Shown here piece after piece: positions 37,835 through 48,062 of a DNA stretch of 60,370 nucleotides. Source of the stretch: Methanomassiliicoccaceae archaeon (GTDB taxonomy: Archaea > Thermoplasmatota > Thermoplasmata > Methanomassiliicoccales > UBA472); the NCBI GenBank assembly GCA_003135935.1, contig PNBI01000101.1, positions 1 to 60,370 of the forward strand, written 5' to 3'. Below the pieces are notes generated by a model that saw only the letters and a list, made by a program, of their open reading frames with translations, made no database searches and was not told the DNA's origin. A program made the position numbers and the translations under genes. Each line of letters begins with the position of its first letter. The first letter of the stretch is position 1.

Positions 37835-39307
37835 TCAGGCGATAGGGCCGTAAAGCCTGGATATGTCTTCCTTTAACTTTACCAGCCGTGAACGCTTCTG
37901 GTATTCTTCCTTTGTGAGCTCAATGCACCAATGCTCGATGTCGTATTCATAGGCGGCCTTAACTTTCTTGGCAAGTCCCTTATCATAGACAACAGCATTG
38001 CTCTCGAAGTTCAACCCCAAGCTGCGGTTGTCGAAGTTGGCACTGCCGATCGATGCCACCGCATCATCCATGACAACGACCTTGGCGTGGATGAAGCCAT
38101 TCTTATTGACCTGATGAATGCGGACATTGCTGCGTAGAATATGCCCTGCGCTAAAGAGCGATGCCCAATAAATGAACGGATGATCCGGCTTAGAAGGCAT
38201 CATCACCCTCACATCTACCCCTGACTTCGCCGCAACAACTAAGGCAGCTGTCACAGCTTCGCTCGGGACGAAATATGGCGTCTGGATGTAAATGTAGGAT
38301 TTAGCAGTGGCGATCATCTTCACATATTGTTCTTCGATGTGCCGAGCAGCGGTGTCCGGACCTCCGGAGACGACCTGCAGGCTGACCTTTCCGCTACCTT
38401 GTCGGGTCGGAGCATAGTCCTCCACCTTGAGGCTGTCTTTGGCGGCGAAGTTCCAATCTATCACTATGCGCTCTTCAACGCTGATGGCACCGCTGCCCCG
38501 GATGCGCAGCATATCATCGCGCCAATGGCCGAGAGGTCCTTCTCCTCGATACTCGACCCCGATGTTACAGCCGCCGATGAAAGCCGTGTCCCCATCCACG
38601 ACGAAGAGCTTGCGATGGTTGCGATTGTTGATGCCAAAATTCAATTTAGGGATGAGCGAAGGGAAGAAGAAGGCAGTCTTGCCTCCTGCGTCGGTCAGCT
38701 CCTTGAAGAATCCCCTGGGAAGCTTATGGCATCCCGAGGCGTCCATGACCAGCTTGACCTCGACGCCTTCTCTGGCCTTCTGCGCCAGCGCTTGCCTGAA
38801 CTCCTTGGCAATCGCGTCATTACGGATCATGTAATACTCCATATGGATGAAGCGCTTGGCACCCTTGATCTCCTCGAGCATGGCTTTGAAAATTTGGTCA
38901 CCCTCGTTGTAATATTCGACCTCGTTGTCGCTTGTGAGGTAGGAATGCCCTGAGTCGAATAGCATACGAGCCAACGACTCGTTTTGTCCTAAGCCAGGCT
39001 TGGAATAGTCAGATTCGAAAAGGGTCCCTTTCGTCTTGAACAATGCTCTGCCAACCTCTCGGTCCATCTCGGCCTTGTTGCCAAACATCTTCTTTCTCTT
39101 ATAGTCCCGTCCCAGGAAGATGTAGAATAGAAGAACGAATGCCAGTGGGAAGGCAAGGCAGGCTATTACCCATACCAGAACGGCCTCGGGCGGCTTCTTC
39201 TGGATGAAGACTATGGTCAGAACAACATCGATGGTGAACAGGTAAAGGATGACAGTAATGTATAATCCAAAAGTGGACCAAAATAGGTCGATCAATCCCA
39301 AGGCCAT
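37835..39307 (-). CDS. cls: cardiolipin synthase (PLD superfamily)
   Basis: Two N-terminal TM helices; two HKD motifs NHRKLFVVDG and IHAKVVVMD; IQTPYFVP, GSANFDNRS. Confidence 0.95.
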   Translation of the reverse strand: MALGLIDLFWSTFGLYITVILYLFTIDVVLTIVFIQKKPPEAVLVWVIACLAFPLAFVLLFYIFLGRDYKRKKMFGNKAEMDREVGRALFKTKGTLFESDYSKPGLGQNESLARMLFDSGHSYLTSDNEVEYYNEGDQIFKAMLEEIKGAKRFIHMEYYMIRNDAIAKEFRQALAQKAREGVEVKLVMDASGCHKLPRGFFKELTDAGGKTAFFFPSLIPKLNFGINNRNHRKLFVVDGDTAFIGGCNIGVEYRGEGPLGHWRDDMLRIRGSGAISVEERIVIDWNFAAKDSLKVEDYAPTRQGSGKVSLQVVSGGPDTAARHIEEQYVKMIATAKSYIYIQTPYFVPSEAVTAALVVAAKSGVDVRVMMPSKPDHPFIYWASLFSAGHILRSNVRIHQVNKNGFIHAKVVVMDDAVASIGSANFDNRSLGLNFESNAVVYDKGLAKKVKAAYEYDIEHWCIELTKEEYQKRSRLVKLKEDISRLYGPIA

Positions 39308-39425
39308 TGGTACTAGAACGTGAGCGCGCCATTATATTATGTTTTCCGGGTAGGAAAGCCCGGCTTGGATCAGAGTCGAAAAAGGTCTAGATGTTTCTAG
39401 TGGTTGCGTATCCACTCTGGTAATC

Positions 39426-39569
39426 CTAGCTTATCTTCAGGATCCCCATCAGGAGCAAGACAACCACTGCTAATATTACCGCACCGAGCAGACCAAACAA
39501 CAGCCATCCAATGACGAATGCTACGACTGAACCAAGTCCGATGGCTCCCCAATTCATTGTTATAGCCAT
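39426..39569 (-). CDS. small two-helix membrane protein (47 aa), not in ORF track
   Basis: GGTGAG SD, ATG 39569, MAITMNWGAIGLGSVVAFVIGWLLFGLLGAVILAVVVLLLMGILKIS, TAG. Confidence 0.7.
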   Translation of the reverse strand: MAITMNWGAIGLGSVVAFVIGWLLFGLLGAVILAVVVLLLMGILKIS

Positions 39570-39710
39570 TTTAACTCACCGTTTTTTCAACGGAGCGTGC
39601 CATTTATAAACTTATTGTCTTGCTCGCGCTCCAGCCAGTCCCCCGACACTCCCGCGCCATCTTTTTTCAAACCGTCAAGGTTAATAATCGTCCGCTGCGT
39701 GCTATTTGGC

Positions 39711-40130
39711 ATGGCTAATTCAAGTGTAAAAGGAAAAGGAATGAAGGAGGACCCATGGATATTGAAAACTCCCTCTGGCGAATCGGAATTCATTGCATAC
39801 CGGGATGAGACCTCAAGCCCACCCGCCATTGTGGTCGTCGTTGGCAAAACCGAGCTTAGATACCACATTCATTGCATCGAGGATCTTCAGGCGATGCTCA
39901 AAACGCACGGAGACTGGATGTTCTTGGGAAATGCAGATGAGCAAAAGCCGGTCAAAGAGGGAACGGTCGAAGCTTGGGCTCGGTCGCCGAAAAATCCGGT
40001 CGGAGGATGGTATGGGCTAAAGAAAGGACTGCGGGGCCGTTTTGCCACTTATATCCCGCCAATATTGGAAATGCTTGGCCTGGCTGAAGTTGAGCACAAC
40101 CCAAGAAACAACCGAATGCGAGCGCTGTAG
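39711..40130 (+). CDS. conserved hypothetical protein (DUF6855-like)
   Basis: DPWILKTP, GDWM.LG.ADEQKP, GTVEAWARS..NPVGGWYGLKKGLRGRF; family name recalled, not verified. Confidence 0.75.
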   Translation: MANSSVKGKGMKEDPWILKTPSGESEFIAYRDETSSPPAIVVVVGKTELRYHIHCIEDLQAMLKTHGDWMFLGNADEQKPVKEGTVEAWARSPKNPVGGWYGLKKGLRGRFATYIPPILEMLGLAEVEHNPRNNRMRAL

Positions 40131-40179
40131 TGGAATAATGGAAACGATGAAAGAAAGGTAAGGGGTTTGGTGAGGGTTT

Positions 40180-40587
40180 CTATTTCCACTCAAAGCCAAC
40201 ATCGGAGAATTCCATCATGTCCCCAGTGATGTCCTTCACTACCGTGACCATGTTCATCCACTTCAGCTTCTCCGACATGGTCATGAAGCTCAGCAGCATT
40301 ACTCCCTTGACATTGGGCCCGGTGCGGACTGACTGACCCTTCCCATGCCAAGTCACCATTTCCCCGTCGGCGGTCATCAGGATGCCTTGCCACTTCCCAT
40401 GGGCCTTCCCGCTTGGTTTTACCCAGATGGTTCCAGACCCCATGTTCTTGCCGCTTGGGAACTTCCCCATGCCCTTCAGGTCAGCCTCGAATGACTGTTT
40501 CATGACCACTCCGTCGTTGTCGATGGATTCTATGTAGGTCATGGTCATCTTGCCTTTCTCTTCGAACCACTTGTCTCCTAATGGCAT
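40180..40587 (-). CDS. hypothetical beta-barrel-like protein
   Basis: AGGTG SD; Gly-rich beta pattern, SEKLKWMN, ends FEWK. Confidence 0.7.
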   Translation of the reverse strand: MPLGDKWFEEKGKMTMTYIESIDNDGVVMKQSFEADLKGMGKFPSGKNMGSGTIWVKPSGKAHGKWQGILMTADGEMVTWHGKGQSVRTGPNVKGVMLLSFMTMSEKLKWMNMVTVVKDITGDMMEFSDVGFEWK

Positions 40588-40837
40588 TTAAACACCTAGG
40601 TCTCGCCCGGCATCAAGCTATACATTAGGGTTACTCGTCGAATTGGCGGGATGCCGCGTCTAAGGCCGCTAGGTTTTCACTTGCCCTGTTATTGAGACAT
40701 AGACAAAATCGATTTAGCGATTCCAGGACTCTCATTCGACAGCTATCATTCGAAACATACGTTTTAATCCCCGTTCTTGTGTCCTATAAGCCTAACTCGG
40801 CTGCCGAGTTATGTTTCGCAATCGAGGTGTGAGTAGA

Positions 40838-42058
40838 ATGGCGAAGACAGTCGAACAATCCGATAATCCCTCGCGTGGACCAGAATCACCCGTGGTAGCG
40901 CTTGTCAGATGCGGGGAATATGGAAGGGCGACCGTCTTCTCCGCCGCGTCCCGCGCGGTCGAGCTGCTAGGTGGCATCGGAGCCTTTGTCAAGCCGGGAA
41001 TGCGCGTTCTAGTGAAGCCGAATATCCTGCAGGCGTCGGCGCCCGAGAAGGTGATATGCACCCATCCAGATGTCATCTACGCTGTTTGCAGGATTCTGAA
41101 GGAGCATGGCTGCAAGGTCATACTGGCCGAGAGCCCAGGAGCTGGCGCGATCTATGGCTCTGCTCAGCTCAAGAAGGCCTATGAGAAGACCGGTTACGCA
41201 CAAGTCGCCGACGAGCTCGGCATCGAGCTGAACTACGACGTCACATATGAGGAAGTGCCAAACCCTGATGGCAGGTTGATAAAGAGGTTCGCGATCATCA
41301 AGCCGGCCATGGAGGCCGACGCCATCGTTGTGGTCTCGAAGCTGAAGACGCATCTTTTGACCGAAATAACTGCCGCTACCAAGAACCTGTTTGGTCTGAT
41401 CCCGGGGTATGAAAAGGCAAGCTTCCATGGTCGATTGCCAGACCCGATGGACTTCTCCCGAATGCTTGTCGATCTGAACGAGCTGATACGTCCGACCCTC
41501 CAGGTCATGGACGCAGTGATCGGGATGGAAGGGGATGGTCCTAATTCCGGTGAGCCGAGGAAGATCGGCGCGATCCTGGCTTCGAATTCTTATGCTAGCA
41601 TTGATGTTGTCGCCGCTCGAGTGATTGGCATCCCACCGATGGACATACCAACGGTCAGAGCGGCAATGGAACGTGGGATTTTGAACAAAGATTTCGAGGG
41701 CATCGAGATAAGGGGCGAAAGCCCCGAGAGCTTCGAAATCAAGGATTTCAAACTCCCCTCGACCTATGCCGCTGGGGGGAAGAAGAAATCAGGATTCTTC
41801 GTGCAGAATATGATGAAGATGATGCGAGCATACGCCCTGCGACCAGTGGTAGTAGCGGAGCGATGTTCGGCATGCGGACAGTGTGTGCGTGCCTGCCCCG
41901 TCCAATCGGTGCAAATGCATCGAGGAAAGGCCAAGGTGGATCACAGCAAATGTATCAGATGCTACACCTGCCATGAGATGTGCGCATCTCAAGCGATCGT
42001 CCTCAAAAGAAGTCTTGCAGGCAACGTTGTGGCGAAATTTGTCGAGCGAAAGGGCTAG
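40838..42058 (+). CDS. DUF362 domain protein with C-terminal 2x[4Fe-4S] ferredoxin domain
   Basis: VLVKPN, THP, KLKTH, KNLFG, MEGDGP; CSACGQCVRACP and CIRCYTCHEMC. Confidence 0.92.
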   Translation: MAKTVEQSDNPSRGPESPVVALVRCGEYGRATVFSAASRAVELLGGIGAFVKPGMRVLVKPNILQASAPEKVICTHPDVIYAVCRILKEHGCKVILAESPGAGAIYGSAQLKKAYEKTGYAQVADELGIELNYDVTYEEVPNPDGRLIKRFAIIKPAMEADAIVVVSKLKTHLLTEITAATKNLFGLIPGYEKASFHGRLPDPMDFSRMLVDLNELIRPTLQVMDAVIGMEGDGPNSGEPRKIGAILASNSYASIDVVAARVIGIPPMDIPTVRAAMERGILNKDFEGIEIRGESPESFEIKDFKLPSTYAAGGKKKSGFFVQNMMKMMRAYALRPVVVAERCSACGQCVRACPVQSVQMHRGKAKVDHSKCIRCYTCHEMCASQAIVLKRSLAGNVVAKFVERKG

Positions 42059-42261
42059 GTTCTTCCACCGAAGCCAGGATGAAATGGGATCTCGATTTAT
42101 GCGTCAGCAGAGGACGAGCCGGCCATTGATCAATATTACCTGCTAGAGATCGATGACTTGGCAATGAGTGCCAAAGTCAAGACAATGGCAATAAACACTG
42201 ACAAGCATTAAACGCGGTCTCGCGAACGATTAAATAACCCAGGTTCCCAGAGTATGTTCGG

Positions 42262-42711
42262 GTGACAGAAATTGGCGTAAAGGAAAATCTCGAATTAATG
42301 AGAACACTGGACAATGCATGGAATGCAGGGCCTGGAAGTCCTCTCTGGGAAACGTTCAGGAAGCGCCACCGGGAAGACGTTGCGGTCTATTGGCCCAATC
42401 AGCCTGAGCCGACAAGAGGGCGACACAACCATGACGTTGAAGCCACTGAGTTTTTTAAGAGCTTCGATAACAAGCTCATAAACAACCCGTATAAGCTGGC
42501 CTTCGGTCAAGACGACCATACGTGCACTGTTGCCGATTGGACTGTGACCCTGAAGGTGCCGATGAAAGGTGCGGGCGGAAAGATGGTCCAGCCGGGAAAG
42601 ACTGCGAAGTTGGAGTTCTGCACGGTCGCCACTTGGAAAGATAACGAAATCGTCGAGGAAAGGCTGTTCTACGATGTTGTCGGAATGATGAAGCAGCTTG
42701 GCTTGATGTGA
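42262..42711 (+). CDS. SnoaL/NTF2-like ester cyclase family protein
   Basis: DNAWNA, PTRGR, FCTVATWKDNEIVEERLFYD..GMMKQLG. Confidence 0.85.
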   Translation: MTEIGVKENLELMRTLDNAWNAGPGSPLWETFRKRHREDVAVYWPNQPEPTRGRHNHDVEATEFFKSFDNKLINNPYKLAFGQDDHTCTVADWTVTLKVPMKGAGGKMVQPGKTAKLEFCTVATWKDNEIVEERLFYDVVGMMKQLGLM

Positions 42712-42742
42712 AGAGCAATCCAATTGTCTGGGTGATAGGAAA

Positions 42743-43435
42743 ATGATCGAGAAGAAGGCGAAAAGGATCGAGATCATCAGCAACGGTCCTTATGTGGTAA
42801 CTGGAAACGTCCCGTTGGCCAAGGAAATCTCCGTACGAGACAAGAAGGGCGTCCCAGTGGAATGGGAGATACTGGAAAGATATCCTGACCAGGAAGATTA
42901 CGACCTATGCCGCTGCGGCGCCTCGAAGAACAAGCCTTTCTGCGACGGCTCGCACCACGCCGTTGATTTCGAAGGCAGAGAGACCGCTTCGCGTGCTCCT
43001 TTCTCTCAGGTCGCTGAGAGATATGAAGGCGCGGAATTCGACCTGCTGGACGATGAAGAGCTTTGCGCAGGTGCCCAATTCTGCCATAGAGGCGAAGGGA
43101 TATGGGAGTTGGTGGACGCGCCCAACGATTCGAATGCAAGACTAATGGCCGCTGAGATCGTAGGCAATTGCCCCACCGGGCGGCTGGTGGTGTGCGAGAA
43201 AGGCACTGGAAAGCCGATCGAGCCTCATTTCGAGAAGAGTATCACCGTCCTTGAGGACCCTGGGCGAAAGTGCAGTGGCCCTTTATGGGTGAAGGGCGGG
43301 ATCCCGATACAATCGTCTGATGGGTCGGAGTATGAGGTGAGGAATCGGGCAACCCTTTGCCGCTGCGGGAAGTCGAGCAACAAGCCGTTCTGCGATGGGA
43401 CCCATATCAGCATCCGCTTCAAGGATGACGAATGA
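42743..43435 (+). CDS. CDGSH iron-sulfur domain protein (two CDGSH motifs)
   Basis: CRCGASKNKPFCDGSH and CRCGKSSNKPFCDGTH flanking C...C...CPTG. Confidence 0.93.
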   Translation: MIEKKAKRIEIISNGPYVVTGNVPLAKEISVRDKKGVPVEWEILERYPDQEDYDLCRCGASKNKPFCDGSHHAVDFEGRETASRAPFSQVAERYEGAEFDLLDDEELCAGAQFCHRGEGIWELVDAPNDSNARLMAAEIVGNCPTGRLVVCEKGTGKPIEPHFEKSITVLEDPGRKCSGPLWVKGGIPIQSSDGSEYEVRNRATLCRCGKSSNKPFCDGTHISIRFKDDE

Positions 43436-43474
43436 TCCTCATCGGAATTGGCCGCGGTCGATCTGCCAATCGGC

Positions 43475-44221
43475 CTACAAACCCCTAAGGCTTCTTCTTC
43501 TAAGCACAAACACGGCGAGGGCCAGGAAGGCCAGGGCAAACGCCAACATAACCAGGAGGTCGGTCCACCAAGGGAATACTGATACCTGCCCGGTGCTCAT
43601 ATTCAGTGCGTCGACGAGATAGGTGAGGGGCGAGCAATAGGTAACGTAAACACCAACTCCGGTCATCTGGCTCACCGGGATGAATATGCCGGAGACGAAA
43701 ATCAATGGGAAACGCACCAATGCCGCCAGCATCATGATATTTGCTGGCGTTTTTGCTCCAGGTGAGGAGAGCAGGACCCCAAGTGAAGAGAAGCAGATAT
43801 TGCCAAGAACGAAAGCGATGAAGATCATGAAAACATCGGTGATTGCTATCGGGATCAGGAAGATGCCCGCAACGCCCACGATGGTGCTTATCATCAGCCC
43901 GAATAGCGCCCCGGCGATCATGTCTCCCAGGACGATGGTGCCAATGCTCACCGGATAGGAAAGCAGGCGCTCGAACGTGCCTTGCTGCTTCTCCCAAGGA
44001 ACGATCAGCGGTCCGACCGAAGAGGAGGTGAAGAACAGCGACATTGCTAAGAACCCGGGGAAGTACTTATGGATGTCCAGTTCCCTGCCAACGAAGAACG
44101 CGAAGAACAAGAAAGTGGGCAGGATCAGGCCGAAGATGAACACCGGTGCCTTGCGATAATAGATGCGGATGTCCTTCCTCGCGACGACGGTCACGGCGCG
44201 GAAGTACATGTTCCAGTCCAT
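43475..44221 (-). CDS. ABC-2 type exporter permease
   Basis: EKQQGTFERLL, FVSGIFIP, SPLTY; TGATG overlap with the ATPase. Confidence 0.92.
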   Translation of the reverse strand: MDWNMYFRAVTVVARKDIRIYYRKAPVFIFGLILPTFLFFAFFVGRELDIHKYFPGFLAMSLFFTSSSVGPLIVPWEKQQGTFERLLSYPVSIGTIVLGDMIAGALFGLMISTIVGVAGIFLIPIAITDVFMIFIAFVLGNICFSSLGVLLSSPGAKTPANIMMLAALVRFPLIFVSGIFIPVSQMTGVGVYVTYCSPLTYLVDALNMSTGQVSVFPWWTDLLVMLAFALAFLALAVFVLRRRSLRGL

Positions 44222-45159
44222 CAAGGCACCTCGCACAGCTTGACAAAAACATCCTCGAGCGTGGGCCCGGTGGTGCTGATGGAGGCTATCTTCAGGTCCA
44301 TCTTTTCATTGATCGTGACGATATCCCGGATCGCCTTGTCCGGATCTTCGGTATAGAATTGCCACTTGTCCCCGCACTGCACCACTCGCGTGATGTGCTC
44401 CGAACGGAACCAGGCAGCTTCGATCTTCTTGTTGAAGCCCACCTCGACGATCTGCATCTTCTCTGCCGTCCTGCGCAACCTCTCCGGCGAATCGATGGCG
44501 ACGATCTCGCCCTTATTGATGATGCACACTCGTTGGCAGAGCTTGTTCGCCTCCTCGATGTTGTGCGTCGTGAGGATGACAGTCGAGCCTTTCTGGTTCA
44601 TCTCCTTGACCTTATCGATGATCAAACGGCGGCTCATGACGTCCAGGCCCTCGGTCGGCTCGTCCAGGATGAGGATCGGCGGTTCGTTCACTAGGGCGCA
44701 GGCGATGCTGATGCGCTGCCTCATACCCTTGGAGAACTTGCGGGCGAAATCGTCGCCCCGATCCATCAAGCCAAGGTCGGCCAGCAGTTTCTCAGCCCTT
44801 TCCTGTCTGAGCGCTTTCGGCAGGCCGTAGAATCGACCGACGAGGTCGATGTTCTCCCTTGCGCTGAGATCAGGGTAGATGTTGCCAACCTCGGGGATCG
44901 CCCCGATCTTGGATTTAGCTTCGAAATAGTTCTTGCTAAGGTCGACGCCCTCGATATGGATGCTGCCCGCGTCAGGCTTGAGGACGCCGATGATCATTCT
45001 GATGGTAGTGGTCTTCCCTGCGCCGTTAGGACCTAGGAGGCCGAAGAATTCTCCCCGGTTGACGGTGAACGAGATATCCTTCACTGCCTTGACCTCGCCG
45101 AAATGCTTGCTAAGCGAACGAACCTCGAGCGCAGGCATCTTTCCCCGCATCAGCGCCAA
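44221..45159 (-). CDS. ABC-2 type exporter ATP-binding subunit
   Basis: GPNGAGKTT, FSKGMRQR, ILDEPTEGLD, TTHNIEEA. Confidence 0.95.
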   Translation of the reverse strand: MALMRGKMPALEVRSLSKHFGEVKAVKDISFTVNRGEFFGLLGPNGAGKTTTIRMIIGVLKPDAGSIHIEGVDLSKNYFEAKSKIGAIPEVGNIYPDLSARENIDLVGRFYGLPKALRQERAEKLLADLGLMDRGDDFARKFSKGMRQRISIACALVNEPPILILDEPTEGLDVMSRRLIIDKVKEMNQKGSTVILTTHNIEEANKLCQRVCIINKGEIVAIDSPERLRRTAEKMQIVEVGFNKKIEAAWFRSEHITRVVQCGDKWQFYTEDPDKAIRDIVTINEKMDLKIASISTTGPTLEDVFVKLCEVP

Positions 45160-45365
45160 CTCACTTAATACGTTCTTAGAAGAGGTTCGGTCTTCGCGGA
45201 GGTTTCAGATTAACTGGATACTACACTGCAGTCTTAGCGATTGTAAATGATTTCTTGGATTCTCAGCAATGAATCGATATGGATGTCAGCTCTTTTTGCG
45301 AATGAAAGAAATTAGGGCGATTTTGAAACGGTGCGAGGGAACGAGAAAGAAGAAGTCCTTGTCGG

Positions 45366-45920
45366 TCAATTCGCAGCGATGGCTAATGGATTTCCTCTGG
45401 TTGCCAAATAGTACAGAACGACCAGAGGATGCAAAGTTGGCTGCAATATATCTGCCTGATAGAAGTCCTCTGATCCGGTCGGGTATACCTTCACAAAAGC
45501 CCTTCCATCTATTCCAGGTATTTCGTAGGAGGGAAGGAGTCGCTGAGTATCGGTAGGCTCTGCAATAGCCACCACTTGATTATAGGCATTCATCAGAGAC
45601 CATTGTGCTGGCTTCCCCTTAACGATCCAGCCTCCCTTCTCCCTATGCCTGGTTTTAATTATCGAACCGATATACTGGCCGCTGGAATCGAAGACGTTTA
45701 GATCATCTGGATGGAGCGCTCCCGTGTGCGCCGGTTTTGCTTCCATCATTGTTACTCCCGTGTCATCTATTATTGTCGCCCCTTTGACATGGAAGATGGT
45801 TTTGCCGGTTGCATCCTGCACTTTTCCTGAAAACTCCTTCCTTTTCTTCCAGTGAAATCTTTCGAGCACATAGGTTACCAAGACATCGGATGGATTAGAC
45901 CCAGCCTCATCGACCACCAT
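45366..45920 (-). CDS. LURP-one/scramblase (Tubby C-like) protein
   Basis: Repeated 'V.D..G..(I)G.I' beta-hairpins and a terminal hydrophobic helix HPLVVLYYLA. Confidence 0.55.
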   Translation of the reverse strand: MVVDEAGSNPSDVLVTYVLERFHWKKRKEFSGKVQDATGKTIFHVKGATIIDDTGVTMMEAKPAHTGALHPDDLNVFDSSGQYIGSIIKTRHREKGGWIVKGKPAQWSLMNAYNQVVAIAEPTDTQRLLPSYEIPGIDGRAFVKVYPTGSEDFYQADILQPTLHPLVVLYYLATRGNPLAIAAN

Positions 45921-46406
45921 TCTTTCCTGCAATTGGTTGGCGCTTTAATAATGAGTAGCACGATTTGTGATTTTCATCCTTCATGTGGTCCTTTGCTTCA
46001 CTTTGATTCTTCTTCAAATTCTGTTTCGTTTCGGCCGATTGTTCTTGCCTCGACCAGGATTCGCCCTCTGCGGTTACCGTATTGGCGTACGTTGAAGATC
46101 GGCGGCTATCGAAACGATAAATATCTTGGAGGAGTCGAATCGCATAAGCGCCTTCTGTAGGGCGAAGGCCATGCAGTAATAAGCAAAGGGAAGAGCTCAA
46201 GAGTGGAAGGGTTAGAGGCCAAACTATTCATTTTTTGACATATCCAGAGTGGTCGACCTCCCACTTTTCTGGCTGATAAGGTTCCCCCAAGGATTTTGAA
46301 TATGGGACGCTGTGGGAAGGTCAGTTGATTCACTCAAAATGAAAGATCGAATCGGAAGAGGCTAAGGATGCGACCTTGCTCTTCACCGGCGTCAGGCTTC
46401 CCAACC

Positions 46407-46706
46407 TCACTTCTTCATTCTCTCTTCATAGGCATCGAAGAACGACTTCAGTGTTCTCATTGATACGTAAGGATGCGACCGTACCATCATTGCATCGCCC
46501 AAGGGGCTGATCATTTCGAACAGTTCCTCTGGCGACTCCGCATTGAGGATGAGAAATCCTCCTCGTTCATCAGAATAGATACCGTGCTCTTCGACCTTCC
46601 CTGATTTCACGAGCTTGTCCATCTGGTCGAAAACCATTTTTTGCACCGGCACAGCACTCATCGGGTCAAAGTTGTCCCGTGCAATCATTTCCACGTGGAA
46701 CCTCAT
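46407..46706 (-). CDS. muconolactone-isomerase/DUF3303-like dimeric alpha/beta-barrel protein
   Basis: SGKV...GGFLILNAESPEEL...HP; GGAGG SD before ATG 46706. Confidence 0.65.
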   Translation of the reverse strand: MRFHVEMIARDNFDPMSAVPVQKMVFDQMDKLVKSGKVEEHGIYSDERGGFLILNAESPEELFEMISPLGDAMMVRSHPYVSMRTLKSFFDAYEERMKK

Positions 46707-47041
46707 AATGTTGCCTCCGGTTGATATGACTGAGAAGCGCACGTATTTTTAAATTGCATCAGTTTATTGCGGATTCTAGCAATTATCACGTGGATTCCGC
46801 TATGGTGCGTCAGCTTTCACTCATTTCAGATAATTCTCTTATCTGTGGTCGATTGCGAAGCGCCGTCACAACTGTTGGGTTTGCGAGCATCAATCTGGCC
46901 TTCTATCAGAAAGTTCAAATATGGTCGGGTCCGAGGCGCACATGCAATGCGATTGGCCGACCCATAATATGCCAAATGGGCATCTAATTTGGGCATAATA
47001 GGTCAATCGATAGCTGTAACGGCGCTATTGGAAGTGAGCTC

Positions 47042-48040
47042 TTGTATTGTCCGAAATGCGGAACCCAGCTGCCTGACGACGCGGCATTCTGCCTCAAATG
47101 TGGGACTAACCTTGTGGGGGTGGGGGGGAAGCAAGCGGCCCAAGCACCTCCAGTGATAGCTCCGATCGAGGCGAAATCTCTCAACTGCCCCAGCTGCGGC
47201 GCCCCCATCAATCCTCAGTTCGGGGAAATGGTGATCACTTGCTCCTATTGCGGCACGACAATCTCCCTAAGCGCCAATGGCTGGAAGGGAATCGCAAAGC
47301 AGACCATGCTGCCAGTCAACTTCTTGGACAAGGAGAAGATCAATGCCATGATCCATGACCTGATGGATCAGGGACTACTGCACAGGCACCTCCAAGAGAA
47401 TTCCACCTTGGAGGAGATGAACTTAAGTTTGGTGCCTTATTGGATAGTTACTGCTTCCGCCCGTACCAATATCGTGGCGAGCGACGTTGCGATGGAGACA
47501 GGGCAGATCGCAACTACTGCAGCGCTGTTCGCGCTGATGGGAGCTGGAATGGGCGGTCGACGGGGCGGATTCGGAATCGGCATGGCCGGTCCATTGATGG
47601 CGGGAACCATGCTCGGCGGCACTATGGCTGGTAGAGGTGGCTCAAGAAAGAGCTTCGAGTTCAACAACAATTACAATTTTCCAGTGGTGGCGCTTAAGGC
47701 CCTGGCCGAGCATCAACCCAAGGATTACCAGTTTGACCTCCAAGCCCGGACATTCTTTGACGTTACCAAAGTCCCCAAGGATATCAAGATCCTGAACGGT
47801 GACGTGGGCGAGGAGGCGGCAAAGCAGCAGGCGAAGGCGCTCGTCGACCAACTGCAGTCCGATCGGGCGCATGCCCAATATCATCTGATCCAGCAGATCA
47901 ATACCGAAGTCGATGTTGGTGAATCCGAACTGCTGCATGCCCCGATATGGTTCGCCCGGTATGACTTCCGGGGGCAGAAGATCGCCCTCGTCATCGATGC
48001 CAATTCTGGAGCCGTGATAAACAGCATAGGGCTTCGCTAA
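47042..48040 (+). CDS. zinc-ribbon domain protein
   Basis: MYCPKCG...FCLKCG, CPSCGAP...CSYCG, VPYW, Gly-rich hydrophobic insert, HAPIW...IDANSG. Confidence 0.85.
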   Translation: MYCPKCGTQLPDDAAFCLKCGTNLVGVGGKQAAQAPPVIAPIEAKSLNCPSCGAPINPQFGEMVITCSYCGTTISLSANGWKGIAKQTMLPVNFLDKEKINAMIHDLMDQGLLHRHLQENSTLEEMNLSLVPYWIVTASARTNIVASDVAMETGQIATTAALFALMGAGMGGRRGGFGIGMAGPLMAGTMLGGTMAGRGGSRKSFEFNNNYNFPVVALKALAEHQPKDYQFDLQARTFFDVTKVPKDIKILNGDVGEEAAKQQAKALVDQLQSDRAHAQYHLIQQINTEVDVGESELLHAPIWFARYDFRGQKIALVIDANSGAVINSIGLR

Positions 48041-48062
48041 TGGTCGCAAGGAGGTAAAATGA

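Noticed and set aside
45907..46200. 97-aa minus-strand ORF upstream of the LURP-like gene
   Set aside because: No motif, SD or convincing frameshift link; probably non-coding or a decayed fragment.
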